This document shows positions 1 to 12,801 of a DNA stretch of 64,000 nucleotides, piece after piece. The number at the start of each line of letters is the position of its first letter. Positions within the stretch are counted from its first letter, which is position 1. A program made the translations under genes and the position numbers. The notes under the pieces were generated by a model. That model worked only from the letters and a program-made list of their open reading frames with translations. It was not told the DNA's origin and searched no databases. This stretch comes from Mobula hypostoma (taxonomy: Eukaryota): contig NC_086109.1 of the NCBI RefSeq assembly GCF_963921235.1, positions 13,704,001-13,768,000 on the forward strand, given 5' to 3'.

Positions 1-2217
1 CTCCCAAGAGATGGTTGGCCATATAAATGCTCTTCATTCAGTTGATCTGAGCCAGGGTTGGAAGACCAACATCAACTTTCTGGCTGTACATTACTGTGAC
101 CAGTTCACAGCACTTAACTGCCTTTGCCTCGATATCCTGTGTTAACTAGGATGATTTAATTGTACTTCTGCCATTGAATAATATTGTTGTTAGCAGTTTC
201 TGCAGGTACAACAATCTTTTCTATTTCAGAGCACCCCAGTTTGATTTTAATCCCAATCCACAGCAGTGGGCTAGGTGCTCCTTCTGAATGCAATGTTGCA
301 ATTTCTAATTTTACCTGTGGTTTCACGTATGTCATTGTTTGCTGTGTTTGGGGGTGGGGAGAGCCACTTAATGTAGGTAACTCTGGGTGATAGAGCTGGA
401 AGCACTGAAACTTGCTAATTAGAAAGCTGTGGTATCTCCTTTTGCTTAGTATAATATGTCCATTGGTATTTATCATGAACTCTTGTATGAAGCAGAATAT
501 TGATTTTTATTAATTGCTGTGGGGCTTGTCACTAAATACCCTGCCCAACTTAAACTTGAGTCCCTGTTCTCACAGAAATGGGGAGCTATAGTACTTGCTC
601 TGGATAAATTTGCCATGTTCCCCTCTTAGATAAACTTCCTTGATGAAGTGACACTTGTAGTCATTTTGGAGATTTGACTCAAGTAAATATTTGTCTTTTC
701 TAATGTCAATCCTGTTGGGTGGAGATGGAATTCTGCTTGTGATTTCTCATTGGCTTTCACGGGACCGGGCACCACTGCTGTTGAGTCCCTGATACTCTTG
801 AGAAGTTGCCCAGGCGTGGCTGACTTCTAGCCTCAGTGGGAGTCTGGAAATGACCAAAGCAAATGGGGATACTCCAGTGAAGTTTCAAGTAGTTTTGAGA
901 TTGAGGGTTGGGGTTTGCTACCATATTGAAAGCATGCAGGAGGTGCTGCTTACGGATTTGGGGAGGTTGCTTTTGTGTTTTTCTTCAATAGGTGCAGATG
1001 ACCTGGAGGACCAGAGTCGGACCCGTGTGTTTTTGGTAGTAAATATATTAGCCATAATTACATCACACAAAAAAAAAATCGGTAATCCTAGGCCGACCAA
1101 GGCTGCAGAATCCCTTGGAAGATATGTTAAAGAATGGGGTATTTTCCAGCCGGCTGTAACCGTGTAGCTGGGCACCTGCTGCACTTTTGAACTTTTTCGG
1201 AGGAGTTGATTTTTAATCCCTGGCTTCCTGCAGTTCAACAGAGCAGAAGATGGACTCATTCTAGCACCTTCACGTAGAGTATTTCTAAGGCAGTTTGTGT
1301 ATGCAAATTGCAAATATTTCTACCCAGTGTATGTGAAGATGGAGATGACCCATTGCCATTTATAACTGACGGATTCAGTGTTGGTTGGCCTACAGGAGCA
1401 CGTTGACTGGAAGACTGATAAGCACTTGCACAGCTGACCACTCGAAAGGTACATCTGCTAATCCTTTATGATATCTTCCTTCACTAGTGCAGTATTGGTT
1501 TAAACCATCCTTTGGTGCATGTGGAATGACAAATACCCCTGCAGCATTCAGGGAACTTTGCCCTAGTCTTTAATATCCTTGTGTTCATCTGATGTGCCAG
1601 ACAACCAATTCTCAGTGGGTATTTTGAAGTGCTTCCCATGTTTGTTGAGCTTAACATTTGAAATTATGCTTATGTTATAACATGACTGCAGCTTCCTTCT
1701 ATAGTAAAATGCATTTAATTTTCATCTGGTTGGTTGCCTTTATTATTTTACAGTTTATTGTAGTTCAAGTCACATTGAAGTTTAAATTTTTTATTGTAAA
1801 TCTTATCTTGAATTATATACTATCTAGATCCCAAATTATTATATACCTAGTCTGGTGTCTGCAGCTGAGGGCTCCAAAGCATTAAACTTCTATACAGCTA
1901 CAGAAAATATCTTAAAGAGAAGGATAGAAAGAGCACAATACAGGTTTTCACTGGTTTGCCAGTCTTCCCAACTACTCTGTGGCCCTTGATTCTGAGTGTG
2001 CTGCAGTTGGATCAACACTCATTGTTGTACTCTCCAGTATACAGATCAGTTCTTCACTTTCCTGCTTTTGCTTTAGGTAAAGGTTGAAGGTCGTCCCAGA
2101 AGATAACATTGCGCCCGCACTCCTAGGCGGACTCTTGCACTGCACAGCAGTGGATGAGATTGTGGAGACAGCAGTAGCAGGAGTCTTTGTTTGGGGAAGA
2201 TCAGTTAAACTGCGGCC

Positions 2218-2271
2218 ATGACGCAGCAAGGAGATGATTGCTACTTTTACTTTTATTCTACTTGTGCCAAG
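2218..2271 (+). CDS. ZC3H11A: ZC3H11A coding exon 1 (MTQQGDDCYFYFYSTCAK, first CCCH finger)
   Basis: ATG at 2218 in gccATG context; translation resembles the vertebrate ZC3H11A N-terminus (MPNQGEDCYFFFYSTCTK); GT donor at 2272; upstream acceptor ctttag ends at 2076. Confidence 0.93.
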
Positions 2272-2607
2272 GTTTGTATACACCAACTTACAGAGCAAGC
2301 AAACATATTTTTAGTTCTGAAAGTGATCAGTCTTTGTAAATTCTTCAACAAATAATCTATTGACCATTTACTTGAGTTAGATTGGTGTGGTAGACATGAA
2401 GCAATTAAAGTAATTCTGTTCCGTTGAACTTACACAGTTCTTGCTGGTGCATTGATCACTGAGGTCTGGGCACCAGTGGCAAAGTGTGTTCTGTTTTATT
2501 AACAATTTTGTGGGAAAATATAATTGCATTTCAAATTTCGGTATTATGTAACATCTGACACTGATAAGCTACCATTATGAAAACTCTGTACAGACCATAA
2601 CCTATGA

Positions 2608-2832
<225 letters not shown>

Positions 2833-3689
2833 TGACAATGTCAAAGTTTTCCTTTGAACAGTATCCTACAGTGGTTTCAGCAGAGAACGAGCCTAGTCAC
2901 TCTGAGTCTGTGGCAGCTCATTATAGAGCAATTCATTTAGGACAATTCCTTCTCTGCCCCACTCTTCCTCCAAGCTTTACAAATTTTATAACCATTCTGT
3001 TTTGATAAGGAGGTGCACATACCCTGTGTCAAGGCTGTTCAGATAATGTAAAATTTGTCTTTGCAGAATTCACAGATACTACCTACTTGCCTTTTTAGGA
3101 ACAACTTCTTCCCCTCTGCAATCATATTTCTGAACTGTCCCATGAATCCATGAACACTACCTTGTGATTTTTACTCTTTTTTTTAATATATATATTTTTC
3201 TTGTAATTTTTAGTTTTCTACTGCACTGTACTACTGCCGCAAAACAACAAATTTCATGATATATGTCAGTGATATTAAACCTGATTCTGATTCCAGAACT
3301 TGGAGATACGGGATAAAATTTATTCTTACAGAATTTTGTGTGCAGGGGGAGAAATCCAAAATGTGAAAGTAATTGCTAATATTGTCACTATTTACTTGTC
3401 AGTACTGTGGACCAATAAGATTTGAATACAGTGGCCACTGCATTGACATGGTTGATAGTCACTGCCAGATCCCTCCTTTGCCGTGTCCTGGTCGTGTGAA
3501 CTGGCATCTTGAGTTGCAAAGCTGCCGTAATCTTCACCTGTGAGGCCTGTTCTCTGATGTGTTGCATTGTGGGGAGCTGTTGTAGCCATGGTCAGCTCCT
3601 TGGTCTTTACTCCACGTCCACTAGGTGGAGTGCAACCCCTCCATGTGTGGGGGTTGCTTGTAATTATTCCCTTGATACATCCCTAATGC

Positions 3690-3885
3690 TGCCTGTAATG
3701 TTTAATTATCAAAATACAGCGTGGAGTGTACCTTGGACTGTGGGAGGAAACTGGAGTACCCGGAGGAAACCCACGCGGTCACAGGGAGAATGTACAAACT
3801 CCTTACAGGCAGCAGCGGGAATTGAACCTGCGTCGCTGGTACTGTAAAGTGTTGTGCTGACCACTATGCTACCTTGCTGCCCCAA
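3690..3885 (-). mobile_element. tRNA-derived SINE (elasmobranch HE1/V-SINE-like); related copies near 19960-20200, 24240-24490, 30225-30390, 34130-34315, 35610-35890, 39600-39730, 57770-58020, 62220-62480
   Basis: shared ggttcaattcc B-box-like head and gtgggtttcctcc.ggtgctcc.gtttcctcccaca core. Confidence 0.75.
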
Positions 3886-3906
3886 GCTTGTGGTTATGAA
3901 GTTTAA

Positions 3907-4071
<165 letters not shown>

Positions 4072-5303
4072 TGATTGCACTAAATGTGTTTCCCTGCATC
4101 TTCTTAGAAATCTTTTTTTGTTCATACTATTCATTTGTAAGTGCTTTTTCCTGCGGTTTAAAACAAAAATGGAGATCTTCAGTTAAACCAGCATATCAGA
4201 TCTTCCTCACTTTCAGTTGTATGGATGAGCTCAGATGCTAAATCTGACACCCAAGTCACATGAAACAAATTATACCATAAAGTTCCCTACAAAACAGGTG
4301 AAAGCCGGCAGCAGCATAACTGAGTACAAAGTGACTAAGCTGTTGGTTACCCATATAAATATGATTTTTTTGCCACTCATCTCCCTAATTGAAATATGAA
4401 GTGATATTTCACAAGGCAGATAAATTTGGTCAAAGTGACCTGTTTCTCACTAGCACTCAAGTACTTTCACAGAATGGCAGCATCATTTTAAAGACAGCTC
4501 AGTGCCATCTTCTTGAGGTCAGTCGATAATGCACGGGAAATGCGAGCTTTACTGACACTGTGTGTGTGTTTAAAACAAAAATCCTGCATGGGTATACTTG
4601 AATTTATCAACTAGACCACCTGAAACAAACATATTTATTTTGAGACATTGAAAATTAGCGCATTGCACCAAATCACCTGTAGTAAATTTGAAATATTATT
4701 ACTTCACATTCAAGAAATTGCATTGTAATCAGAAATCTTTATACTTGGAAAACAGATCACGTTTCTTCTATCTGGAATTCTGGTTAATACTTAAACTGTC
4801 AGATATAAGGTTGTCATACAGCATGGAATTAGGCTCTTCAGCCTAGTGAGTTCACGCCTGCCATCAAATGCTTATTATCCTACATTAATCATTTTTCTTT
4901 GTAATGCTCCTGCCATTTCCTTCAACTACTCCTGAATTTTGCTGCTTAGCTGCTTGCCAGGAATAATCTAGCGGTCATTTCACCTACCAGCCCACATATC
5001 TTACAGAGGGAGCCAGAGTACCCAAAGGCCGCCCATGGAGAATACAAATTCCAGACAGCACGACATTGAATTTGGGTTGTGTGTGTTTGTGTTTCAATTA
5101 TTCAGTCCTGGACTCTGTCCTGGTAATGCCAACATTTAAGGCCCATCCTGGATAACCCATTGAGAATTTGGTTTAAGGCCATTCTCTACTGTTGCAGAGC
5201 CTAATTATGCTTTCGTCTGCTTTGGATGCAGCCCACTGCAGTGTTCAGTTTTTTTTTGTGTATCTTCCAGCAGTTTAATACTTGTTCACAGCTACAATGC
5301 TAA

Positions 5304-5564
<261 letters not shown>

Positions 5565-6407
5565 TAATCTCTGCTTTTTTTTAAATTTCCTTCCCCCTGT
5601 GTTTTCTTGCCCTTTTTTTTTAGTGTTCCTACTTGTTTGTAGGTATCGCTGTGCATGTTTTCTTCTCTTGAATCTACCAACTGTACAGCAGCTGTGCCTT
5701 TTTGGAGGGATCAATTAGTAATTAGCTGATTTTAAAGGAGTGTCTGGAACCAATTAACCACCCCTCACTTTGAAGTTTCAAATTTGTTTGATGGTTAAAT
5801 ATTGGAGCAATTTAAATAGCGGAAATCATGATGCACCTGACTGCTCCCATGCATTGGTTATTGAAATAGAAGGCACATTCTAATTAATTTTTCTCCATAA
5901 TAGGAGAATAAATGAAGAGCAATAGTTTAACCTTCCTGAGACCAAATCTCTCAACACATTGTTAGAAAGTGTGTAAATGCCTACTTGAAGGACACTAACC
6001 TCAAGGCTGCTGCCCAAGAAGTAAGTAAAAAAATTTAAGCCCCAATTTTGGCCAGAATAGGCAGAATGACCTCGTGTGATACAGTAGACATACAGGTACC
6101 TCTCAGGACTCTGTGCTTTTGTCTGATCTTGAGATTAATCTTGAGATTAAAGTTGCCTGACAAGGCTCTGTGGCTGTTAAGATGATACTGTAGCAAAACT
6201 TACACTTTGTTTGTGACCCACATGGTCTTTTTGACAAGGTTTGTTTCCTCTACTTAAATTTTTTAAGTCATTGCATATTTTAAAATTGGCTTTTAGATTA
6301 TCTACTTTTTTAAATCTAACAGACGGGCCATCCATTTATTTCCTGAAACAATCACCGCAATAGACGTATTTTCATTGTCATAGCACTCATTTTTACTCTA
6401 ATTGCAG

Positions 6408-6521
6408 ATCAGTTTTCTGAGGAAGGAGAAGAAAACAAAAATACTCAGGCTCCAGCCGTGGAGGAGCAGAATGGCATCCGCATCATTTCGACTAAAAGGC
6501 AGGCTTTACCCGTTCAGAAAG
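6408..6521 (+). CDS. ZC3H11A: ZC3H11A coding exon 5 (DQFSEEGEENK...)
   Basis: tgcag acceptor, GT donor, 114 nt, phase 1-1; DQFSEEG continues the conserved sequence. Confidence 0.93.
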
Positions 6522-7147
6522 GTAGTGTGGGATAAGCCCAGAAATAACTGAACACATGTTATTCCCCTGAAGTTCTACTTCAGATAATCTCTCTACTAGG
6601 CTGCCATTGCATTTATAAAAGATGTCAGGCCAAAGTTACCAGGTATGTGTGGTATGCAGACAAAAAGAGAGGCAAGTGAAAGTAACTTCCCAACTAACTT
6701 TCCAAACATGAGAAAATCTGCAGATGCTAGAAATCGTGAAGGATCTTGAGCTGACGTGTCGGCTGTTGACTCCTTTCCATAGATACCGCCTCCCAACCAA
6801 CTTTCCTTAATTTCACGCAAATTTAGAGAGACACTTTTGCCCAAAATTTGTTGTAAATTTTGATTATAGACTACAAGCCTCATACCCTTCTGAGAGTGCT
6901 TTTGTTCTGCTTTTCAAGAAAGGCTTTCCTACATTGTAATGCCAGGATTTAATCCTACAATTAATTTGATTTGTTGTGTTATTTATGTATTTTGTACAGT
7001 ATTAGAGTTATAGGTTGTTGCAAAGAAAACATTATTTTTGTTGGATGTTAGAACAAAGTTGCTCAGGACCATATTGTTGTTTTTCTGTCTCATAGGTCAC
7101 TGTCACTGCTTGATGTTGTTCTGAGCAGTATCTTGTATAACAAACTA

Positions 7148-7812
7148 TATAACAATTACAGCATGGAAACAGGCCATCTCAGCCCTCCTGGTCCGTGCTG
7201 AACTCTTACTCTCACCTAGTCCCACCGACCTGCACTCAGCCCATAACCCTCCATTCCTTTCCTGTCCTTATAGCTTTCCAATTTAACTTTAAATGACAAC
7301 ATCGAACCTGCCTCAACCACTTCTGCTGGAAGCTCGTTCCACACAGTTACCACTCTCTGAGTAAAGAAGTTCCCCTTAATGTAACCCCTAAACTTTTGCC
7401 CTTTAACTCTGAACTCATGTCCTCTTGTTTGAATCTCCCCCACTGTCAATGGAAAAAGCCAATCCACATCAACTCTATCTATCCCCCTCATAATTTTAAA
7501 TACCTCTATCAAGTCCCCCCTCAACCTTCTATGCTCCAAAGAATAAAAACCCAACTTGTTCAACCTTTCTCTGTAACTTGGGTGATGAAACCCAGGTCAC
7601 ATTCTAGTAAATCTTCTCTGTACTCTCTCAATTTTGTTGACATCTTTCCTATAATTCGGTGACCAGAACTGTACACAATACTCCAAATTTGGCCTTACCA
7701 ATGCCTTGTACAATTTCAACATTACATCCCAACTCCTATACTCAATGCTCTGATTTATAAAGGCCAGCATACCAAAAGCTTTCTTCACCACCCTATCCAC
7801 ATGAGATTCCAC
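7148..7812 (-). mobile_element. CR1 LINE 3' fragment
   Basis: ORFs LYKALVRPNLEYCVQFWSP and SLEHRRLRGDLIEVFKIM...TRGH...FFTQRVV..WN.LP, typical of the CR1 ORF2 C-terminus. Confidence 0.92.
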
Positions 7813-7894
7813 CTCTTGTGCCTTGTGACTGAGTTGCTTTTGTTTCTGTGGTACGGAATACTATGGCAGTAACAAAGATCCTGCTTCTCACCAG

Positions 7895-7975
7895 ATGACA
7901 ACTTGGATTTTGGAATAAAAACACTGGAACAGATCAAACGCAAGAAATCTATGAAGGAGAAATCGAAGAAAATGG
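7895..7975 (+). CDS. ZC3H11A: ZC3H11A coding exon 6 (DDNLDFGIKTLEQIKRKKSMKEKSKKM)
   Basis: ccag acceptor, gtaagc donor, 81 nt; FGIKTLE.IK motif. Confidence 0.94.
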
Positions 7976-8097
7976 GTAAGCAGTCGGAAACCTACAACTA
8001 CAGCGCTTGAGGGGCACCAAGGATACTGGAAGAGTGGGAGAAGCAAATCTCCCTGTTTGTAATTCTGCAATCTTGTCCCTTTTTATTTTAATCATAG

Positions 8098-8220
8098 AGG
8101 AGCCCACAGTACACCAAGTGGCACAAGTCCAAAAGGTGGAACAGAATCGTGAAAACCTAGTCATTGAAAAGGAAAATGTGAGGACAGTCTTCCGGACAGT
8201 GACCGTATCACCAAAGAAAT
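8098..8220 (+). CDS. ZC3H11A: ZC3H11A coding exon 7 (...EKENVRTVFRTVTVSPKK)
   Basis: atag acceptor after a pyrimidine tract, gtacgt donor, 123 nt; EKENVRTV.RTVT motif. Confidence 0.93.
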
Positions 8221-9318
8221 GTACGTATTTAGTTTGTGATTTGTTTAAAAAGACCTCATGGCAGATGTTGTTGTGTGAACTAAGTCACCGGAGAGATGAT
8301 TGATAGATAGTTATACTTTATTGATCCCGAGGGAAATTGGGTTTCGTTAGAGCCGCACCAACCACGAAACCCATATGAAAAATTGTCTTTTTATTTGACG
8401 CATACACTCTCAAATAAGCAGACAGCCTTTTTGAGTCAGGAAAGAGAGACCCTTTCGGAGCAAGAGGTCTGCTCAACCCAACGCTATACGACATTTTATG
8501 TGCTAAAGATCAAAGGATAATTCATCCACAATGCTTCCTTTGAAATGCACACAAACTCCACACCTCCCAATTTGCACAAATACCACTGACACCCAAATAA
8601 TGAATTTAATCAGCATAGTCTGGTCTTCCAATTAACTGTGGTACCTTCCAATTAATTTGGTTCATGGTTCTCAGGAACCCATTGTTCAGAGCAACATTTT
8701 AGATTTAATCCACAGTTCATATTTGAATCTGAAGACTGGTGGCTGAAGTTATTTGCTCTATGTGCTAACCTCCAAAAACACTCTTAACAGCAGGATTGGA
8801 GGAAGTTTCATTATTGAATGAATTGATTATATGAATTGTAATTGTTACAACTAATAGGCACACTGAGAACTTTTCGTATACAGAATTTGTACTCTGAATC
8901 GCATTCTTTTTCTTGGTTACATTTTGTTCTTTGATTTTGAAAGTTTGATACCATTAAATTGATATAATTTTTTTGTGAGATAATCAATGTTAGTATACTA
9001 GAGTAAGTAGATGGTGTATGATTAATCATTGTGCTAGTGTGACTGAATTTGATCCTAGACTCTACAATGCAATGCCTAGAAGTGCTTCAGGAACAGATTC
9101 AATCATTTTCAAAATGTATTCGATAATTTCATCAAATGGGAAGACTTGGAATTGAATAACTGACCTCAGTGCTGTATTATTAGGACATCCAGCATAATAT
9201 GACTTTGGAAAGTATGACATAAGTGCTGTTGTCCACTTAAGTGTCTAGAAGTTCCTGATTATTTGATTTGAAGCTTAACTTTTAATTTTTTCTGTCTTGC
9301 CTCTAACCACGTATAAAG

Positions 9319-9408
9319 GTGAGCCACCTATTAAGCGCAGTCTTGCAGAAAGACTTGGTCAAAAGAAGATGGCCGCAAATGACACATCTCAGGAGGTTCC
9401 ACTAAAAG
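9319..9408 (+). CDS. ZC3H11A: ZC3H11A coding exon 8 (EPPIKRSLAERLGQKK...)
   Basis: aag acceptor, GT donor, 90 nt, phase 1-1; SL.ERLG motif. Confidence 0.88.
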
Positions 9409-9534
9409 GTATCTTCCATTCTGCCACCATTTCAATGAAGGAAAGAAGGAGTTTCCTTTGTATAGTGCTTTCACAATCTTGGGTATTCCAGAACTCTTCA
9501 CAGCTAATGGTTTAAAAGCATGGTTGTAGTTTTT

Positions 9535-9856
9535 GTTTTGTGCCATGTCATATGACCTGGGCGACCATGGTCTTTCCATGGCCATGATTGTTCTTGGCAA
9601 ATTTTCTATGGGTGGGTGACCCCAGCCATCATCAGTACTCTTCAGAGATTGTCTACCTGACATAACTGGTTGCATAACTAGGATTTGTACACCAGCTGCC
9701 CATTGTGACCATCCGCCACCTGCTCCTATGGCTTCACGTGACCCTGACCAGGGAGCTAAGCAGGTGCTGCACTTTGTCCAAGGGTGACCTGCAGGCTAGC
9801 AGAGAGAAGGAGTGCCTTACACCTCCTTTGGTAGAGATGTATCTCCACCCACCGTC
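9535..9856 (-). mobile_element. RTE-related short retroposon; second copy at about 52950-53267 plus 53903-53945, split by a CR1 insertion
   Basis: reverse-complement match between the two loci (cctgcaggtcacccttgg, gcttagc, aaaatttgccaagaacaatcat); gaaga..aatggcaaac motif is RTE/BovB-like. Confidence 0.6.
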
Positions 9857-10201
9857 CAATGGTTGTAGTAAAGTGTAGAAAATCTTGGACAGTGAGTTTA
9901 GTTGTCTTTTGTTGGTTTCTTTGTTCTGTGGTCAGAGACAATTATTTGATGACTACCCAATAATGTTTGGGTCTTGCTTTAGGTTAATTTTGGCCAGGTA
10001 TAAATTCCTACACCTGAGAGGCTTCTTTGTGCTTCCCTCCATGTCCAATTAACATGTTAAAGCACTCTAGAAGATTTCCCTTGTTGCTACTCAGAGTGAA
10101 GTAAATGAGACTTCTGTTTTTCTCTAGCCAGCATCATTTTGTATATTGGCTGTACAGAATACCTTGTGAAAATTACTATTTTTGTTGTTTTTATTTTGAA
10201 G

Positions 10202-10297
10202 CTGAGTTTGAACCACCTTTAAAACGCAACCTTTCTGAGAGACTTGGGAAAAGAAAGATACCAGCAGACGATGACCCTGAAGAGTTGCCGCAGAAAG
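10202..10297 (+). CDS. ZC3H11A: ZC3H11A coding exon 9 (EFEPPLKRNLSERLGKRK...)
   Basis: aag acceptor after a T-rich tract, GT donor, 96 nt, phase 1-1; PPLKR.L.ERLGK motif. Confidence 0.9.
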
Positions 10298-11346
10298 GTG
10301 CACGAACTACTTTGTCGTGATTTAATCAACTGTTGCATGACTTTGATTTTATTAGCCATGGTGAATTAATTACATGATAATATGTTACCCAGAAGTCAAG
10401 GTGATGCATCTGAAGACCCAATCAGGCCTAAGCCAGCCAGCAACTTTTCCATTCGATTTGGGAGCCTGTATGTAAATAAATAGCAGAGAACTTCTGCCTC
10501 CTTCCTTTCCAGTGCTGAAGAAAGGTCTTGGCCTGAAACATCATCTCTATTCCTTTCCACAGATCCTGCTTGATCTGAGACTTTGTATGTGTTACTAGAG
10601 AAAGTAACATGTCTGTTTTAAAATCTTGGACACTTTAGTCATCATTTTTGCTGTTAATGAGCTTTGATTGTAGTTCTGAAATTTTGGGAAATCATTGCAA
10701 ACGGGGGATGAGCAATGTAACCAGCTAAAGCAGGCAAAATAGAACTCCAAAATAAAAGTAGTGACCATGGAAATGGTCAACATGTCAGGCAAAACCATGA
10801 GCTGGCCCTTTTTATTGTGTACAATTGGAAGTTTAATTAATAACAAAATAGAATAAATTTCTAAACTAAGAAAGGCAAGCCAGAGAAATTGCTCCCAATG
10901 TTTTGGGACAAAATCTTGTTTTCTTAGACTGGCAATAAATCGGAAAGTATTGATTTTGTTAAAGAATAATAGATATTTAAAAACAATTACATATTTTTTC
11001 TCGCTTTTCATTAATTTAAGTGTGTACCCCTATGGCAGGGTAATGAGTTCCTCATAAAATTATCGGTTTTAGTAGGGATTTTTATTCTGAATGAAGTGAT
11101 AAACTTCAAATCAGTCTCTGATGTCTTGAAACTTGGTAAGAGACTACAAAGTGGCCAGACTTAGGCATAGTGAAATTAATTAATTTTACTGAATATGGAT
11201 ATTAAAGTAAGATGATGCGTAAACTCCGGAAGAAAGTACCACTGCCCCAGAAATAGTAATTTTTGCTTAAAGTAATATTACACGCGTTAATTGAAATTTT
11301 ACACTTTAAAGTTTACCCACGTTATTTGTTGTTTAGAATAAATGTA

Positions 11347-11770
11347 GAGTACTGTGCGAAAGTCTCAGTGTGGATGGAAGGGTGTGGGACAAGTGGCAGA
11401 GAAGGAGTGCCAGTGTGGGGGTGGTGCAGGTACAGACACACTCAGCCCTGAGACACCAGGCAAGGTCCTTTGATTCCAAAGAATTGGTTTGTTAATCATT
11501 ACAGAATGTCTCTTCCTGCTCCCTCCCTCTCCCCCCCGCTTTTCCCAACAATGATTCCCCTCTCCCTGCCCACTCTAAGTCCCATAGAGACCCATATCAG
11601 AATCAGATTTATCATCACTCCCATATGTCATGAAGTTTGTTTTTGCAGCAGCATGTTAGTGCTATTCATAAAATTGCTACAGTACTGTGCAAAATTCTTA
11701 GGCACTCTAGCTGTATAAGTGAATATATACAAATGTTAGCTATATATGCTAAGAATTTTGTACAGTACTA
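11347..11770. mobile_element. Non-autonomous Tc1-like element with palindromic MITE end; homologous copy at 51710-52207; isolated MITE at 34897-34963
   Basis: TIR CAGTACTGTGCAAAAGTCTTAGGCAC flanked by TA; internal sequence shared between 11390-11700 and 51870-52200. Confidence 0.75.
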
Positions 11771-12735
11771 TATTTCGTATGTTAATTAATAAAAATGGGC
11801 AAGCGTCAAAGTGGAAAATTTCACTCGTGGCTTATATAACACCCCACCTCACTAACTACTACAAAAGTCCCATTGGGCACCACCTGCCCTATCTGCAATA
11901 TGGTATGAAGTTCCCACACTGGCCTCATGAGTCACTTAAAATCTTAGTAAAAACAAGCTTCCTTGAATCCCAAAAGACTGCCTAGCCCCTAAGAAGAAGC
12001 TGATGTTTTCAGAGTAGGAATCAGGTTTTATTATCACGGACATACTGTATGTTGTGAAATTTGTTGTTTTGTGGCAGCAATGACAAAAAAATTGCTAACA
12101 ACAAAGAATACAATAAGTAGATAGTGCAAAAGAGGAATAGCCAACTAAATGGTGAAATTAATTTAAAGATTTGTCCTTGTGTATATTTAAAGAAAAAACA
12201 CCTTGGTATCACTGTTAAGTATTTTATAGTGGCACTTATTGATTGAAATAGGCTTAATCTCAGCTTAGCTCATTTCCATGTGCTTAAAAATGATGGGTTG
12301 CTTTTGCATTGGAATTAATTGATACACTGCTTGATTATGCATTTATTGCTATAAATTATATCAGGGAAAGTATTTCCGGAAAACCCATTTAAGAAATATT
12401 TTTAAGCAAGACAAACACACCTTTCTAAATCTTTGTACTGTTGATAATTCTAGTTTGCTTCTATTCCATCGTAAGCAACCCAGCTTGCTGTAGTACTGAA
12501 AGCATTTTAGTTCTATGCAAAAGTTAACATTCTTCTGCATCCATTTTGTCCCTTTTTCTGAAATTCCATCTTGCCTCCAGTGGTGCTGTCAGAGCTCAGA
12601 TAGTGAATAGTGAACATCAACATGATACTCGGTGTTGCTATATAACCACTATAGAGTACATCTTACTGTGTATGTCGTCAGGCAAAATCACCTCTGTGAG
12701 TTGATCACTCATGAAGGTCTGTACTTCTGTTTCAG

Positions 12736-12801
12736 TGCAACGTCCCAGGTCGGTGAGGGAAAGGCTTGGTCTGCCTGCAGAAGTTTCTTCAATAGATCAT
12801 G
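12736..12801 (+). CDS. ZC3H11A: ZC3H11A coding exon 10 (VQRPRSVRERLGLPAEVSSIDH)
   Basis: ttcag acceptor, gtaggc donor, 66 nt, phase 1-1; S..ERLG motif. Confidence 0.9.

Noticed and set aside
9409..10201. ZC3H11A intron beginning GTATCTT as a U12 intron
   Set aside because: The donor deviates from GTATCCTT, there is no TCCTTAAC branch site near the acceptor, and a T-rich tract is present; treated as U2
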